The notes under the pieces are model-generated. The model did not search any database. It was not told the origin of the DNA and saw nothing but the letters and a program-made list of their open reading frames with translations. Positions 9,748 through 19,434 of a stretch of 64,000 nt of DNA are shown piece by piece. The DNA is from an uncultured Verrucomicrobiae bacterium (GTDB lineage: Bacteria; Verrucomicrobiota; Verrucomicrobiia; Chthoniobacterales; JAFAMB01), in assembly GCA_963762565.1 (NCBI GenBank), contig CAVXLD010000010.1:288001-352000 (forward strand), written 5' to 3'. Made by a program: the position numbers and the translations under genes. Numbering within the stretch: position 1 is the stretch's first letter; each line of letters opens with the position of its first letter.

Positions 9748-10668
9748 ATCAGCTCGGACATCCTGATCGGCATTGATTGGGGTGGAACCAAGATCGAAGG
9801 AATGGCTCTAACCCAGGAAGGGAAAGAGCTGCTCCGGGTCCGCGAGGACACGCCGCGTCACGACTACGAAGGTTGCCTGCGAATCATTGTAAATCTCGTC
9901 GAACGTCTGGAGAATGAGATCGGCTGTCGCGGTAAAGTCGGGATCGGAATCCCGGGTTCACTGGAACCTAAGTCACGCCTAGGAAAAGGTGCTAGCTCGA
10001 CTTGGCTGCTCGGCAAGCCCGTGGAACGCGATCTGAGAACTGCGCTGGACAGAGAAATCCGCGTGGAGAACGATGCGGATTGTCTGGCGGCCTCTGAAGC
10101 CGTGGATGGCGCTGGAGCAGGATATCAGGTTGTCTTTGCTGTGATTCTCGGAAGTGGCGCCGGCGCCGGCATCGCTATCAATGGACGAGCCCATCACGGA
10201 CCGAACAACAGCGGCGGCGAGTGGGGTCATAACCCGTTGCCTTATCCAAACACTAGCGAAATTCCGGGATCGCCCTGTTACTGTGGCAAGCACGGTTGCA
10301 TGGAAACCTGGGTATCGGGCCGCGCGTTTCAGGCAGACTATGCGCGTCACTGCGCAATCGAGTTAGCCGCAAAAGAGATTATTGCGAGAATGCGTGCAGG
10401 AGAACATCTCGCCCGGCTGATTTGGCACCGCTACCTCGATCGAGTCGCCCGCGGATTGTCGATCGTCGTCAATACTCTTGACCCCGACATCTTCGTGATG
10501 GGTGGCGGCATGTCTAATGTCGACGAGCTCTATACCGAACTTCCGGCTCAATTGGCGCGATACACCTTTTCCACGGTATTCGAGACGCCGATTCGAAAAG
10601 CGATCCATGGAGATTCCAGCGGAGTGCGCGGGGCAGCGTGGCTGTGGAAAGAGTCTAGGCGCGTATGA
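9748..10668 (+). CDS. ROK-family sugar kinase (Mak/fructokinase-like); start codon uncertain
   Basis: IGIDWGGTK, ENDADC, GEWGH, CYCGKHGCME, HGDSSGVRGAAWLW; domain begins at an in-frame ATC at 9748. Confidence 0.88.
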   Translation: MSSDILIGIDWGGTKIEGMALTQEGKELLRVREDTPRHDYEGCLRIIVNLVERLENEIGCRGKVGIGIPGSLEPKSRLGKGASSTWLLGKPVERDLRTALDREIRVENDADCLAASEAVDGAGAGYQVVFAVILGSGAGAGIAINGRAHHGPNNSGGEWGHNPLPYPNTSEIPGSPCYCGKHGCMETWVSGRAFQADYARHCAIELAAKEIIARMRAGEHLARLIWHRYLDRVARGLSIVVNTLDPDIFVMGGGMSNVDELYTELPAQLARYTFSTVFETPIRKAIHGDSSGVRGAAWLWKESRRV

Positions 10669-10670
10669 CT

Positions 10671-10915
10671 GGAGGGGAGCCGCTTTGTAAGTTCGCAGCT
10701 CTGCCGGTTACTAGCAGGCGGCTCCCGGGAATAACCCAGCGTGACCCATTTATCTGGCAGCTTCCCGAATCAAAGGCTCCCACCTGCGGGCCGAAAAAGG
10801 TAGCGGACGCTGGACAATTCCCGGGAGCCGCTTGTTCACCACCCGTTTTGGCTACTCTTGGCATTCGACAGAACACATTGGATTCCTGAGACACATGGCA
10901 AAGCGGCTCCCCTCC
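10671..10915. repeat. Family A (GGAG-GGGAGCCGC) REP-doublet element
   Basis: GGAGGGGAGCCGCTTTG..CAGGCGGCTCCCGGG..CCCGGGAGCCGC..CAAAGCGGCTCCCCTCC. Confidence 0.85.
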
Positions 10916-10945
10916 AACTGAACCCCCTTAACCTTTCTCCTCCCT

Positions 10946-11722
10946 ATGCCCGACCTAACCGCCCGCTACGAATTCGCCTCCGACCTTATTAAAGAGGCCG
11001 GACAGCTTGCGCTCGATTACTTCCACCGACTCGGAACCCTGACAATCAAACAGAAAGGGCAACAAGACATGGCTAGTGAAGCGGATCTCAATGTCGAGAT
11101 GCTTATTCGGAACCGCCTGAGCAGCCGGTTCCCTGAGGACGCGTTCCTGGGGGAAGAGACCGGCCGCACGGAGTTCTCGGCCGGCCAAGGTGTTTGGGTG
11201 GTTGACCCGATTGATGGCACCCAACCTTTCATCAATGGTCTCGCCGGTTGGTGTGTATCGATCGCGTTCGTCCTGAATGGGAAACTGGAGATGGGCTTGG
11301 TTTATGGTCCGGCTCGCGGGGAACTGTTTCAAGGTTACCGGGACCAACCCGCGACCTTGAATGGTAACCCGATCCGAGTTGGCAACGCGAAGCGCCTAGT
11401 CGATGGCATTCTCGGCGTCGGCTACTCACCAAGGATACAACCAGATGAATTCCTGCCACTCTTTTCTCGTCTTCTAAACCAAGGATCAATGTTTTATCGG
11501 GAAGGTTGCGGCGCGCTAGCATTGTGCTACGTGGCCGCCGGGAGGCTGATTGGCTATGTCGAGCCTCATATCAATTCTTGGGATTGCCTCGGGGCTTTGG
11601 CCGTAGTGCAGGCTGCCGGCGGAGTCATTAACGATTTCCTCGCCAATGACGGTCTTTGGAACGGGAACCGCGTCATTGCAGGTCCACCGACGTTGTATTC
11701 GACGTTGGTCGGGTTGTTTTGA
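10946..11722 (+). CDS. Inositol monophosphatase family protein
   Basis: FLGEE, WVVDPIDGT, SWDCLGA motifs. Confidence 0.9.
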   Translation: MPDLTARYEFASDLIKEAGQLALDYFHRLGTLTIKQKGQQDMASEADLNVEMLIRNRLSSRFPEDAFLGEETGRTEFSAGQGVWVVDPIDGTQPFINGLAGWCVSIAFVLNGKLEMGLVYGPARGELFQGYRDQPATLNGNPIRVGNAKRLVDGILGVGYSPRIQPDEFLPLFSRLLNQGSMFYREGCGALALCYVAAGRLIGYVEPHINSWDCLGALAVVQAAGGVINDFLANDGLWNGNRVIAGPPTLYSTLVGLF

Positions 11723-11766
11723 AAGGGGGAACTGGTTGCCCTTTAGGGGAACGAGTTAGGATGTCG

Positions 11767-12207
11767 TGTTGCAGCTCTATCCCAATCGTTCTCGTCCTCG
11801 TCGTCGTCCTCGTCCTCGAAAGGCGTGGCACGTTGATGCGACGACCGATTGTCCAGCGCCCCGGAGGGGAGCCGCTTTGGCGTTAATCTGTCCGCCCTCG
11901 CGAAATTCGTCTCAACATTAATCCGGCTGAAACGTGCAAAAACAGGCGGCTCCCGGGAATGACCCAGCGGTCCGCAGGTCTATTTGCGGCTGTAAACGAA
12001 ATCGGCGCCGCGGGTGAATCATCGCGCTGGGTTATTCGCGGGAGCCGCCTGATGCGACATTTAGTGGTCGGATGAGCCCTGAAAGAAACATCGCGAGGTC
12101 GCCTTGTACATGCCAAAGCGGCTCCCCTCCAGGCGTTGGACAATCGCACATCGCATCAACGTGCCACGCCTTTCGAGGACGAGAACGATTTCGTAGAGCT
12201 GCGACAC
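11767..12207. repeat. Nested palindrome: CGTC-rich outer arms enclosing family A doublet (11863-12130)
   Basis: Outer IR CTCGAAAGGCGTGGCACGTTGATGCGA / TCGCATCAACGTGCCACGCCTTTCGAG; core is near-identical to the reverse complement of 33505-33770. Confidence 0.85.
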
Positions 12208-12253
12208 CGCAGCGTAGCTCCAAGTGCGCGGTTCCTCCGAGCGGTCTCCCACC

Positions 12254-13762
12254 TTACCGATACAACCGATGATTGATCGGCTGGAGCTGCGAAAAAAGGT
12301 CACGATAAATCTGGTACCGCGCCTCCAATTCTTTGGCCTGCTCTGCGTTAGGCTCCAAGCTAATCTCTTCCTGACGCACTGCAGCTGCCGCCGCCGAACC
12401 GCTTCCGTATACGCCCGTGCCGACGCCGGCCAATAATGCTACGCCTAATGCGACTGCCTCCCGAACGGGACTGATCTTCAAAGGCAGACCATAGACATCC
12501 GCTTTAATCTGGGCCAGCAGGCGGTTCTGCATTGGAATTCCGATTGTAATGATCTCCTTCGGTCGCGGTTGGCCAGCCACTGTTTCCATGGCTTCTACAA
12601 TTGCCCTTTCTTCGAACGCGATTCCCTCTAACACCGCTCTGAACATCGCAGCTCGAGTAGTAGTTGATCGAAGCCCGACAAACGCTCCAGCGGCGAGCGC
12701 ATCGGGAAAGGGCGTCAGGCTGCGAACCAGATGCGGAACAAAGATCGGTATGGCGTGATGGGTGCCCGCTGCTTCGCCGGTCAGGGTCGCAAAGTCCGCT
12801 TTGCCTCCCAACTGTTGCTGGAACCATTCGATGGCGGAGCCAGCCGTAAACAGCCCGCCGGTCAGATAAAAAACCGGTTCATCGATCCAGACTGCTCCTT
12901 GAGCTAAGCCGTGATCGGGAAGAGTCCGGCTGAAGTTCGGCTTATCGGCGATAGCTAGCAAGGTAGCAGAGGTCCCTAGGCTGTCGGTTACTACCTCTCT
13001 GGCCAACCCACTCACTGCAAATGTGCCACTAAGTTGGTCATGGACGCCGACACAAACCGTGCAGGTAATAGGAAGATTGGTTTCTTTAGCCGCAGCCGGC
13101 GTAACGGGTCCAAGCACACTCCCGCTTTGTAGAATGGGCGGCAAAATATCGGGATTGATGCCGACTTCAGTGAGCAGCTCGGTCGCCCAGATCCCCTTGG
13201 CTAGATTATAGGCCAATGTGCGACAGGCTAAACTAGGATCGGTCGCCGGCACGTTGCTAAGCCGGTAAGCAATGTAATCCGCCAAGTGGAGCCACCGCGC
13301 CGCTTTCGCGAATAGCTCAGGTTGATGATTCTTAACCCAAAGCAATTTGCACAGTCCGAACATCGGATCCGGATTCAGGCCGGAAAGCCGAAACAAGCGA
13401 TCGTATCCAATTCGGTCCCGGAGCCAGGCATATTCTTCTTTTGTCCTGAGGTCGAACCAGGCAATCGCCGGTCCCAATGAGGAACCGGCTTTATCGATCG
13501 GAAACAGCGATTCTGCCACACCGGCGACGGCAATCCCTTTGATACTTTCTGGCGATTCAACCCTGGCGACCACAGAGTGGATTGTCCGGCATACTGCCTG
13601 CCAAATCGGTTCGGGATCAAACTCGGTCCACCCTGGTTTGGGGTAGCTAAGCGGCGTCCTTTCATCGGCTTGGAATACGATTCCGCCTGCTGAATCGAGA
13701 GCCAGACATTTAATGTTCGTCGTTCCGACGTCGAGGCCGAGCAACAAGTCAAGGTGCGGCAT
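12254..13762 (-). CDS. FGGY-family carbohydrate kinase
   Basis: LGLDVGTTNIK, AWFDLR, GVHDQ, RAVLEGIAF; ATG 13762. Confidence 0.9.
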   Translation of the reverse strand: MPHLDLLLGLDVGTTNIKCLALDSAGGIVFQADERTPLSYPKPGWTEFDPEPIWQAVCRTIHSVVARVESPESIKGIAVAGVAESLFPIDKAGSSLGPAIAWFDLRTKEEYAWLRDRIGYDRLFRLSGLNPDPMFGLCKLLWVKNHQPELFAKAARWLHLADYIAYRLSNVPATDPSLACRTLAYNLAKGIWATELLTEVGINPDILPPILQSGSVLGPVTPAAAKETNLPITCTVCVGVHDQLSGTFAVSGLAREVVTDSLGTSATLLAIADKPNFSRTLPDHGLAQGAVWIDEPVFYLTGGLFTAGSAIEWFQQQLGGKADFATLTGEAAGTHHAIPIFVPHLVRSLTPFPDALAAGAFVGLRSTTTRAAMFRAVLEGIAFEERAIVEAMETVAGQPRPKEIITIGIPMQNRLLAQIKADVYGLPLKISPVREAVALGVALLAGVGTGVYGSGSAAAAAVRQEEISLEPNAEQAKELEARYQIYRDLFSQLQPINHRLYR

Positions 13763-13885
13763 TGGTGATGACTCTTTAGCCTGCATCGATGGCAATTGCC
13801 ACCTGCGAACGAGCGGAAACGAGCGTGAGCGAGCCAGAACGTCGAACTCCACGTCTGTGGCTGAGGCGCCTGTTCGGCGTTCCAA

Positions 13886-14152
13886 GGGTTACCCCAGGTG
13901 ATCAAGCCGGATGGCTTATACCAGAGTCAACAACGGTTCGGAATGTACCGGTGGCACGTGATGGATCCGATTCGTTTTCATCAGGATTTGCGCGTAACCA
14001 TCCAAGCACTGGGTTGGAGATCAACTCAGGAAGGTCAACGCCGCTATTTACCGTTACAGGACGACATCGCTTCAACCGCATTCTGGTACCAAACCGAACC
14101 CCACGCGGCCTTTCCAACGCTGCCGGATCTCAATTTCCTGGAAGTGATTTGA
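13886..14152 (+). pseudogene. C-terminal fragment of a DUF2961/GH172 glycoside hydrolase
   Basis: GLPQVIKPDGLY..QQRFGMYRWHVMDPIRF..DDIASTAFWYQ; in-frame stop at 13862, so no N-terminal part. Confidence 0.75.
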
Positions 14153-14420
14153 AGGCAGATGACGCCAAAGCGTTCTCGAAATATCCGCAGAGGCCACAGA
14201 TTACGCCACCGATGAGCGATTTCTCGCTGTAGCGTAGAGCCAATTGTAAGGCAGACGGCTACATCTGAACATCGTCGGTTTCGCTATCGCGCTGCTGTGT
14301 GAAGCAAACGTTGTGACATAGAGCGCCAAACCTGATAAATCTGCGTCACGACTTCCCCTGCGTCACCATGGCCTCGCAAGCGAGACATTTCCAGGGTTTC
14401 CCACTGAATCGGCATACCCC

Positions 14421-14837
14421 TCACTTCGCTCTGACCAGCAGAAGCGGGACATTGATGTTATGGCGGACGTGATGGGCTGTGGTGCCGAGGAATATATCGG
14501 CAACCAAACGATGCCCATGGGTGCTCATGGCGACAAGGTCGCAGCCCTCTTTTTCGACCCATTTTACAATTTCCTGTGAGGGATCCCCGTAAGCGAGTTC
14601 GGCGTCTGCCTTGACACCAACGGAACAAAACTCCTTCCGAACCTTTTCCAAATAAGCCTTATCTTCGGTAATTTCGTCGCTGATTGCTTCCGGACCGTAG
14701 GTCCGCGCCGCCCAACCATCGGCTACGTGCAATAAGACGACCCGGCTCTGCATGGCCACCGCCAGTGCCTTGATATGTTCAATGATCGCACGGTCGGTCG
14801 GGGTTGCTTCCAAGGTGACCAGGATTTTGTCGTACAT
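14421..14837 (-). CDS. Universal stress protein
   Basis: YDKILV, LLHV, DLVAMSTHG, FLGTTA, PLLLVR. Confidence 0.9.
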   Translation of the reverse strand: MYDKILVTLEATPTDRAIIEHIKALAVAMQSRVVLLHVADGWAARTYGPEAISDEITEDKAYLEKVRKEFCSVGVKADAELAYGDPSQEIVKWVEKEGCDLVAMSTHGHRLVADIFLGTTAHHVRHNINVPLLLVRAK

Positions 14838-14852
14838 GCGGGCCCCCGTTCT

Positions 14853-16264
14853 TTAGTGGCCTACTATAACCGCCCAGACCTGCTGTAGGGAATCCGGTAG
14901 ACTGTAAATGTCCATGACGGTAATCAGAATGGCGCTGACCCAGCCGCCAAACAATAGGAATCGGCGGCTGCGCCACTTGCCCATTCGTTTGCTCGAGCCG
15001 GCGAACAGTAGCAACGGAAACATAGCAAACGGTAATTCTAGACAAAGGACGACCTGGCTCAGGTTAATTAAGTCGGTGATACTGCCATCTCCGCGGAAAC
15101 TGATAATTAGAATCGCAGGGACTACCGCAATTGTGCGCGTGATCAGCCTGCGGACCCAAGGCTGAATGCGCCAACGCATAAACCCTTCCATGACGACTTG
15201 ACCGGCGAGAGTTCCGGTGATCGTGCTACTCTGTCCGCTGGCTAGAAGTGCAACAGCGAACAGAGTACTGGCCAAGGTCGTTCCCAGAAGTGGCGCCAAT
15301 GTCAAATGGGCCACTCGGATCCAATCGCTGTCTGGACTGAAATGCACTGTCTGGCCGCCGGCCGCGACCACGCTGGTTTTGCCGTAAAATACAATCGCCG
15401 CCAGTACCAGGATGGCTGCATTAACGAAAAAAGCGATGGTCAGAGCCATCGTGGTATCAACCGTATTGAAACGGATAGCGCGACGAATCGAAGGCTCGTC
15501 ATTCTGCAACTTGCGAGTCTGCACCAACGCGGTGTGCAAATAGAGATTGTGGGGCATAACGGTCGCCCCAATGATACCGATTGCCACTACCAGCATGCCG
15601 CTCTGGGTAAAGTCGGGGCGCACCATCGCATGAGCCATTTCGAGAAAATCCGGCCGGGTCGGCGCCAACCCGAAGATCTCGATCGCATAACAGCCGCCGA
15701 TGGTGACCACAAAAACGGCGACCACGGCTTCAATGAGCCGCATACCGAACCCTTGCAGAGCCAGGAGCAACAACACGTCGAACGCCGTGATGATGATCGC
15801 CCACTGCATCGGGATATGGAACAGCATGTTCAGCGCGACCGCACTACCGAGCGACTCGGCCAAATCCGTCATGCAGATCGCGAATTCCATCGAGATCCAG
15901 TTGGGCCAGCGGGTCCAACGCGGAGACCAATCGCGGCAACATTGAGCAAGATCCTTCCCGGTAGCAACGCCTAAGCGGGCAGCAATCAGCTGCAGGAAAA
16001 TCGCCATTAAACTCGCCAGCGCCACCACCCAGAGCAGGCCATATTTGAACTGGGCGCCACCTGCAAGATCGGTACCCCAGTTACCGGGATCCATGTAACC
16101 GACGCTCACCAGAATGGCCGGCCCAACGAACCCCGCCATTGTCGGATAAAGCCGGCTTTAGCCGGAGGTATTTCCACCGAACCATGCACGCCTTCTAGCG
16201 AAAGGTGTACGACATGTGACTCCTCGACTTTGGCCGGTTTCTCCTTGGTCAGTGGTTCCCTCAT
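14853..16264 (-). CDS. mntH: Nramp-family Mn2+/Fe2+ transporter with apparent frameshift near 16131-16134
   Basis: YMDPGNW and MPHNLYLH motifs in 14853-16139; N-terminal SLEGVHGSVEIP..GFIRQWR lies in another frame from ATG 16264. Confidence 0.88.
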
Positions 16265-16415
16265 AGGCGTTTTGGCGCTTTGACGGCTAAGGTCAATGTG
16301 CGCCGCTAACTCAACGGCCTGAGTATTAGTCAGCCCAGAAAAAGTTAGTCCGCCCTGAATTAGTTTACAAGAACTAAAGTCGTTTATAGACGCTAAGTGG
16401 CCTCTGTTTCCTCTG

Positions 16416-17324
16416 TTACCTCCTGTTTACAAACGCGTGTTCCCTGGCCAGCATCGCCATCTTCCGCTCTGTCCCCCATTGGTAACGGCCGAAATCACCC
16501 GTTGCCCGGATCACGCGATGGCATGGAATCAACACGGCCACCGGGTTTGTAGCCACCGCCGTCGCAGTAGCGCGCACCGCCAGCGGATTCCCGATCTTTT
16601 CTGCCAAAAAATGATAAGGAATCAAGAAGCCCGACGGAATCTCAATCAATGCCCGCCACACCTGGAGCCGTAACGGCGATCCTTTCAACAAGAGGCCAAG
16701 CCGCCGTTTGGGCGCCTCCCCGTTTAAGCGGACGTCGATCTCGCCCCGAATTTCGGCAACCGCCGTGGGATCATGAATCAACATCGCCTCCGGCCAATTG
16801 TTTTTGAGTTCGGTCAACGCATGCCTGGCGTCCTGGACAAAGGAAAATCGGCAGATCCCTCGAGGGGTCGTCGCCAGCAGCGCCGGCCCCAGGACGGTCT
16901 CCACCAGCGCCCAATGGATCTGCAACCCGGCCGAATTCTTGAATTCGCCGGGAGTCATATGATCGATGGTCAGAAAAAGATCGTGTAGCCTGGACGGCCC
17001 TGAAAGCCCGACCGATAGCGCCGTTGACAGCAAGGAGTTCGATTCCCGCAAGAGCGTCTTGGCATTCGTCAAAGTGATGAACTGAACGAACTCCTTTGGG
17101 GTTAATCCCGCGAATTCCACAAACAAGCGATGAAAATGGAATTCGCTCATTCCTAACTCCCGCGCCACTTCAGCCAATGCCGGTTGATCTTCAGACCGGC
17201 TAACCAATAGCCGGATTGCACGCTCCATTTTCGCAAAATGCGAAGACGGATTTTTTATTCGGCTCACAGACGTATCCGAAGCGGAAGACGGCCGGTTTTC
17301 TATGGACTGGCTGGATTCGGTCAT
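16416..17324 (-). CDS. Bifunctional AraC-HTH / O6-methylguanine-DNA methyltransferase (Ada-like)
   Basis: MSEFHFHRLF HTH, SGPSRLHDLF, active-site PCHRV. Confidence 0.9.
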   Translation of the reverse strand: MTESSQSIENRPSSASDTSVSRIKNPSSHFAKMERAIRLLVSRSEDQPALAEVARELGMSEFHFHRLFVEFAGLTPKEFVQFITLTNAKTLLRESNSLLSTALSVGLSGPSRLHDLFLTIDHMTPGEFKNSAGLQIHWALVETVLGPALLATTPRGICRFSFVQDARHALTELKNNWPEAMLIHDPTAVAEIRGEIDVRLNGEAPKRRLGLLLKGSPLRLQVWRALIEIPSGFLIPYHFLAEKIGNPLAVRATATAVATNPVAVLIPCHRVIRATGDFGRYQWGTERKMAMLAREHAFVNRR

Positions 17325-17368
17325 GATCGATCCTATCAGCCGATCGCAATTAACCGACCCGTTTCTTG

Positions 17369-18115
17369 CTACAACTGGATCCGGTAAAAGAAATAACTGC
17401 CCATCGCCAGGAACAGGATTGCGGCAAACGTGAGCACGCCAAAATCCATCGCTAGACCAAAATGAGAAGATCCTATGAGAGCGGCCCGGAGACCATCCAC
17501 CCCATAGGCCAGTGGATCAAATCTCGCCACGGCTTCCAAGACCGGTGGAGCATGGCGCAACGGATAAAGTGCGCCCGATAGGAAATAGATCGGCATCACT
17601 AAGAAATTCATGACCAATTGAAAGCCCTGAAAATCTGAAAGCAGCGACGCCACCGCAGTGCCAAGTGCGGTAAACAAGAACCCGATCAAGACCATAAAAG
17701 CGATCGCTACCGGAATCATCGCCCAATTGACCGGCCGAAACCCCGCCAGCGTACAAACGAATACCACGATAATACCTTGGAGAACGGCGACCGTCGCGCC
17801 TCCCAATGTTCTGCCCAGCATGATCAGAATTCTTGGCACGGGCGCAACCATCGTCTCCTTGAGAAACCCAAACTGTTTGTCCCAAAGGAGCTCAATCCCG
17901 TTGAACATCGCCGTGAAAAGAATCGTCATGCCGATCACCCCGGGAGCAAGAAACTGTAAGTAGCTCCCTTCGCCCGCTCGCTGAAAAATCGGCCCGAAAC
18001 CGAACCCAAACGCCACCAAATACAAAACGGGTTGGCCGAGGGAAGCAATGATCCGCGAACGCGACCGTATATACCGCGTCAACTGCCGAATCCAAAGTAT
18101 GTAAATGCAGCTCAT
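17369..18115 (-). CDS. ABC-2 type exporter permease (DrrB-like)
   Basis: FLAPGVIGM, GFLKETMVAP, FLSGALYP, DPLAYGVDGLR. Confidence 0.9.
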   Translation of the reverse strand: MSCIYILWIRQLTRYIRSRSRIIASLGQPVLYLVAFGFGFGPIFQRAGEGSYLQFLAPGVIGMTILFTAMFNGIELLWDKQFGFLKETMVAPVPRILIMLGRTLGGATVAVLQGIIVVFVCTLAGFRPVNWAMIPVAIAFMVLIGFLFTALGTAVASLLSDFQGFQLVMNFLVMPIYFLSGALYPLRHAPPVLEAVARFDPLAYGVDGLRAALIGSSHFGLAMDFGVLTFAAILFLAMGSYFFYRIQL

Positions 18116-18145
18116 CGATTTACGCCTGTTCCACTAAATGAAAAG

Positions 18146-18276
18146 ATCCGCAGATTACGCAGATTTCGTATTGGTATTTGAACACGCGTAATCAGGTAAA
18201 AACGCGACTCGCCCAAGACGAGCATTTCGCCGAGACCGATCCAGGCCTCGAACCGAAATCTGCGTAATCTGCGGAT
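18146..18276. repeat. Inverted element with 9-mer tandem arms (CGCAGATTA)
   Basis: 23-bp perfect IR 18146-18168/18254-18276 between ABC ATPase and permease. Confidence 0.8.
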
Positions 18277-18282
18277 ATAAAA

Positions 18283-19068
18283 TCATCTGCGGAACATCCT
18301 GGCCATGTTTCGCATGCGGTCGGCAGAAGAAACTTCCTCTTCACGAATCGCTGAGCCGGTTAAACTAAGGAAAGCTTGTTCGAGTGACTCGGCGCCAGTG
18401 GATGCTTTTAGCTCCGATGCCGTCCCTTCCGCCACAATCTTACCGTGGTCGATAATCGCAATCCGGTCAGCAACTCGTTCCGCCTCATCCATATAATGGG
18501 TGGTCAGAAAGACGGTAACCTGCTCCTCTCGATTGAGTTGTCTTACTTGAGCCCAGAGTTGATGCCGCGTTTGCGGATCTAATCCCAGAGTGGGTTCATC
18601 AAGAAAAATGATCTTAGGCGTATGTAGCAGGCAACGAGCGATTTCGAGGCGGCGCCGCATTCCGCCGGAAAACTCTTTAACAAACGAGTCTCTCCGTTCC
18701 CAGAGCCCAAAGATCTCTAACAGACGAGCGATGCGTTCGCGCCGTACTCGCTTCGGTACGTGGTACAGCACACCGTGAAATTCAATGTTCTCGTAAGCGG
18801 TGAGTTCTGTATCAAGACTCGGATCCTGGAACACGATACCGATTCTTTTGCGCACTTGATTGGGGTGCTTTGTTGGATCAAGACCGTCAATCGCCACCGA
18901 ACCGCCGGTTGGCGTCAGCAAAGTCGTTAACATCTTGATCGTGGTGCTTTTGCCTGCTCCGTTCGGTCCGAGAAAGGCAAAGACCTCACCCTTCTTCACG
19001 TTGAACGAAACGTCCTGAACTGCCGGAAAATCCCCGAAGCGCTTAGTCAGATTCTGAACTGAGATCAT
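18283..19068 (-). CDS. ABC exporter ATP-binding protein (DrrA-like)
   Basis: GPNGAGKS, FSGGM, LDEPT, TTHYMDEA. Confidence 0.92.
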   Translation of the reverse strand: MISVQNLTKRFGDFPAVQDVSFNVKKGEVFAFLGPNGAGKSTTIKMLTTLLTPTGGSVAIDGLDPTKHPNQVRKRIGIVFQDPSLDTELTAYENIEFHGVLYHVPKRVRRERIARLLEIFGLWERRDSFVKEFSGGMRRRLEIARCLLHTPKIIFLDEPTLGLDPQTRHQLWAQVRQLNREEQVTVFLTTHYMDEAERVADRIAIIDHGKIVAEGTASELKASTGAESLEQAFLSLTGSAIREEEVSSADRMRNMARMFRR

Positions 19069-19120
19069 TAGCCCCTCCTTGCTGCGAAAGCTGTAAGGCG
19101 TGGCGACGAGAACGTCAATC

Positions 19121-19369
19121 TTTAGGAGCTAGGAGGCGTGTCGGGGCTCTATCGTAATCGTTCTCGTCGTCGTCCTCGTCCTCGAAGAGCGAATTCCTCC
19201 CAAATTTTACGATAGACCAGGAATTTCGACTGATGCCAGAGATTCACACGGCGACCATGCAACACAAGCCAGCTAACACGCAACTTTCGAGGACGACGAG
19301 GAGGACGAGGACGATTACGATCAAGCCGCAAACGCGCCTCCTAGCTCCTAGATTCTAGCTCCTCCTAAA
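19121..19369. repeat. Nested palindrome: heptamer (AGGAGCT) arms enclosing CGTC-rich arms
   Basis: TAGGAGCTAGGAGG..TCGTAATCGTTCTCGTCGTCGTCCTCG / CGAGGACGACGAGG..CCTCCTAGCTCCTAG. Confidence 0.8.
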
Positions 19370-19375
19370 CGAAAA

Positions 19376-19403
19376 TTGCTCCCGAGCCCAAACTCGGGAG
19401 CAA
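19376..19403 (-). terminator. Rho-independent terminator of the Gly/Trp-rich peptide gene
   Basis: 11-bp stem TTGCTCCCGAG/CTCGGGAGCAA followed by a T-run on the minus strand. Confidence 0.7.
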
Positions 19404-19434
19404 ATCATCTTAAACTTGAACTGAGAGAATCAAA

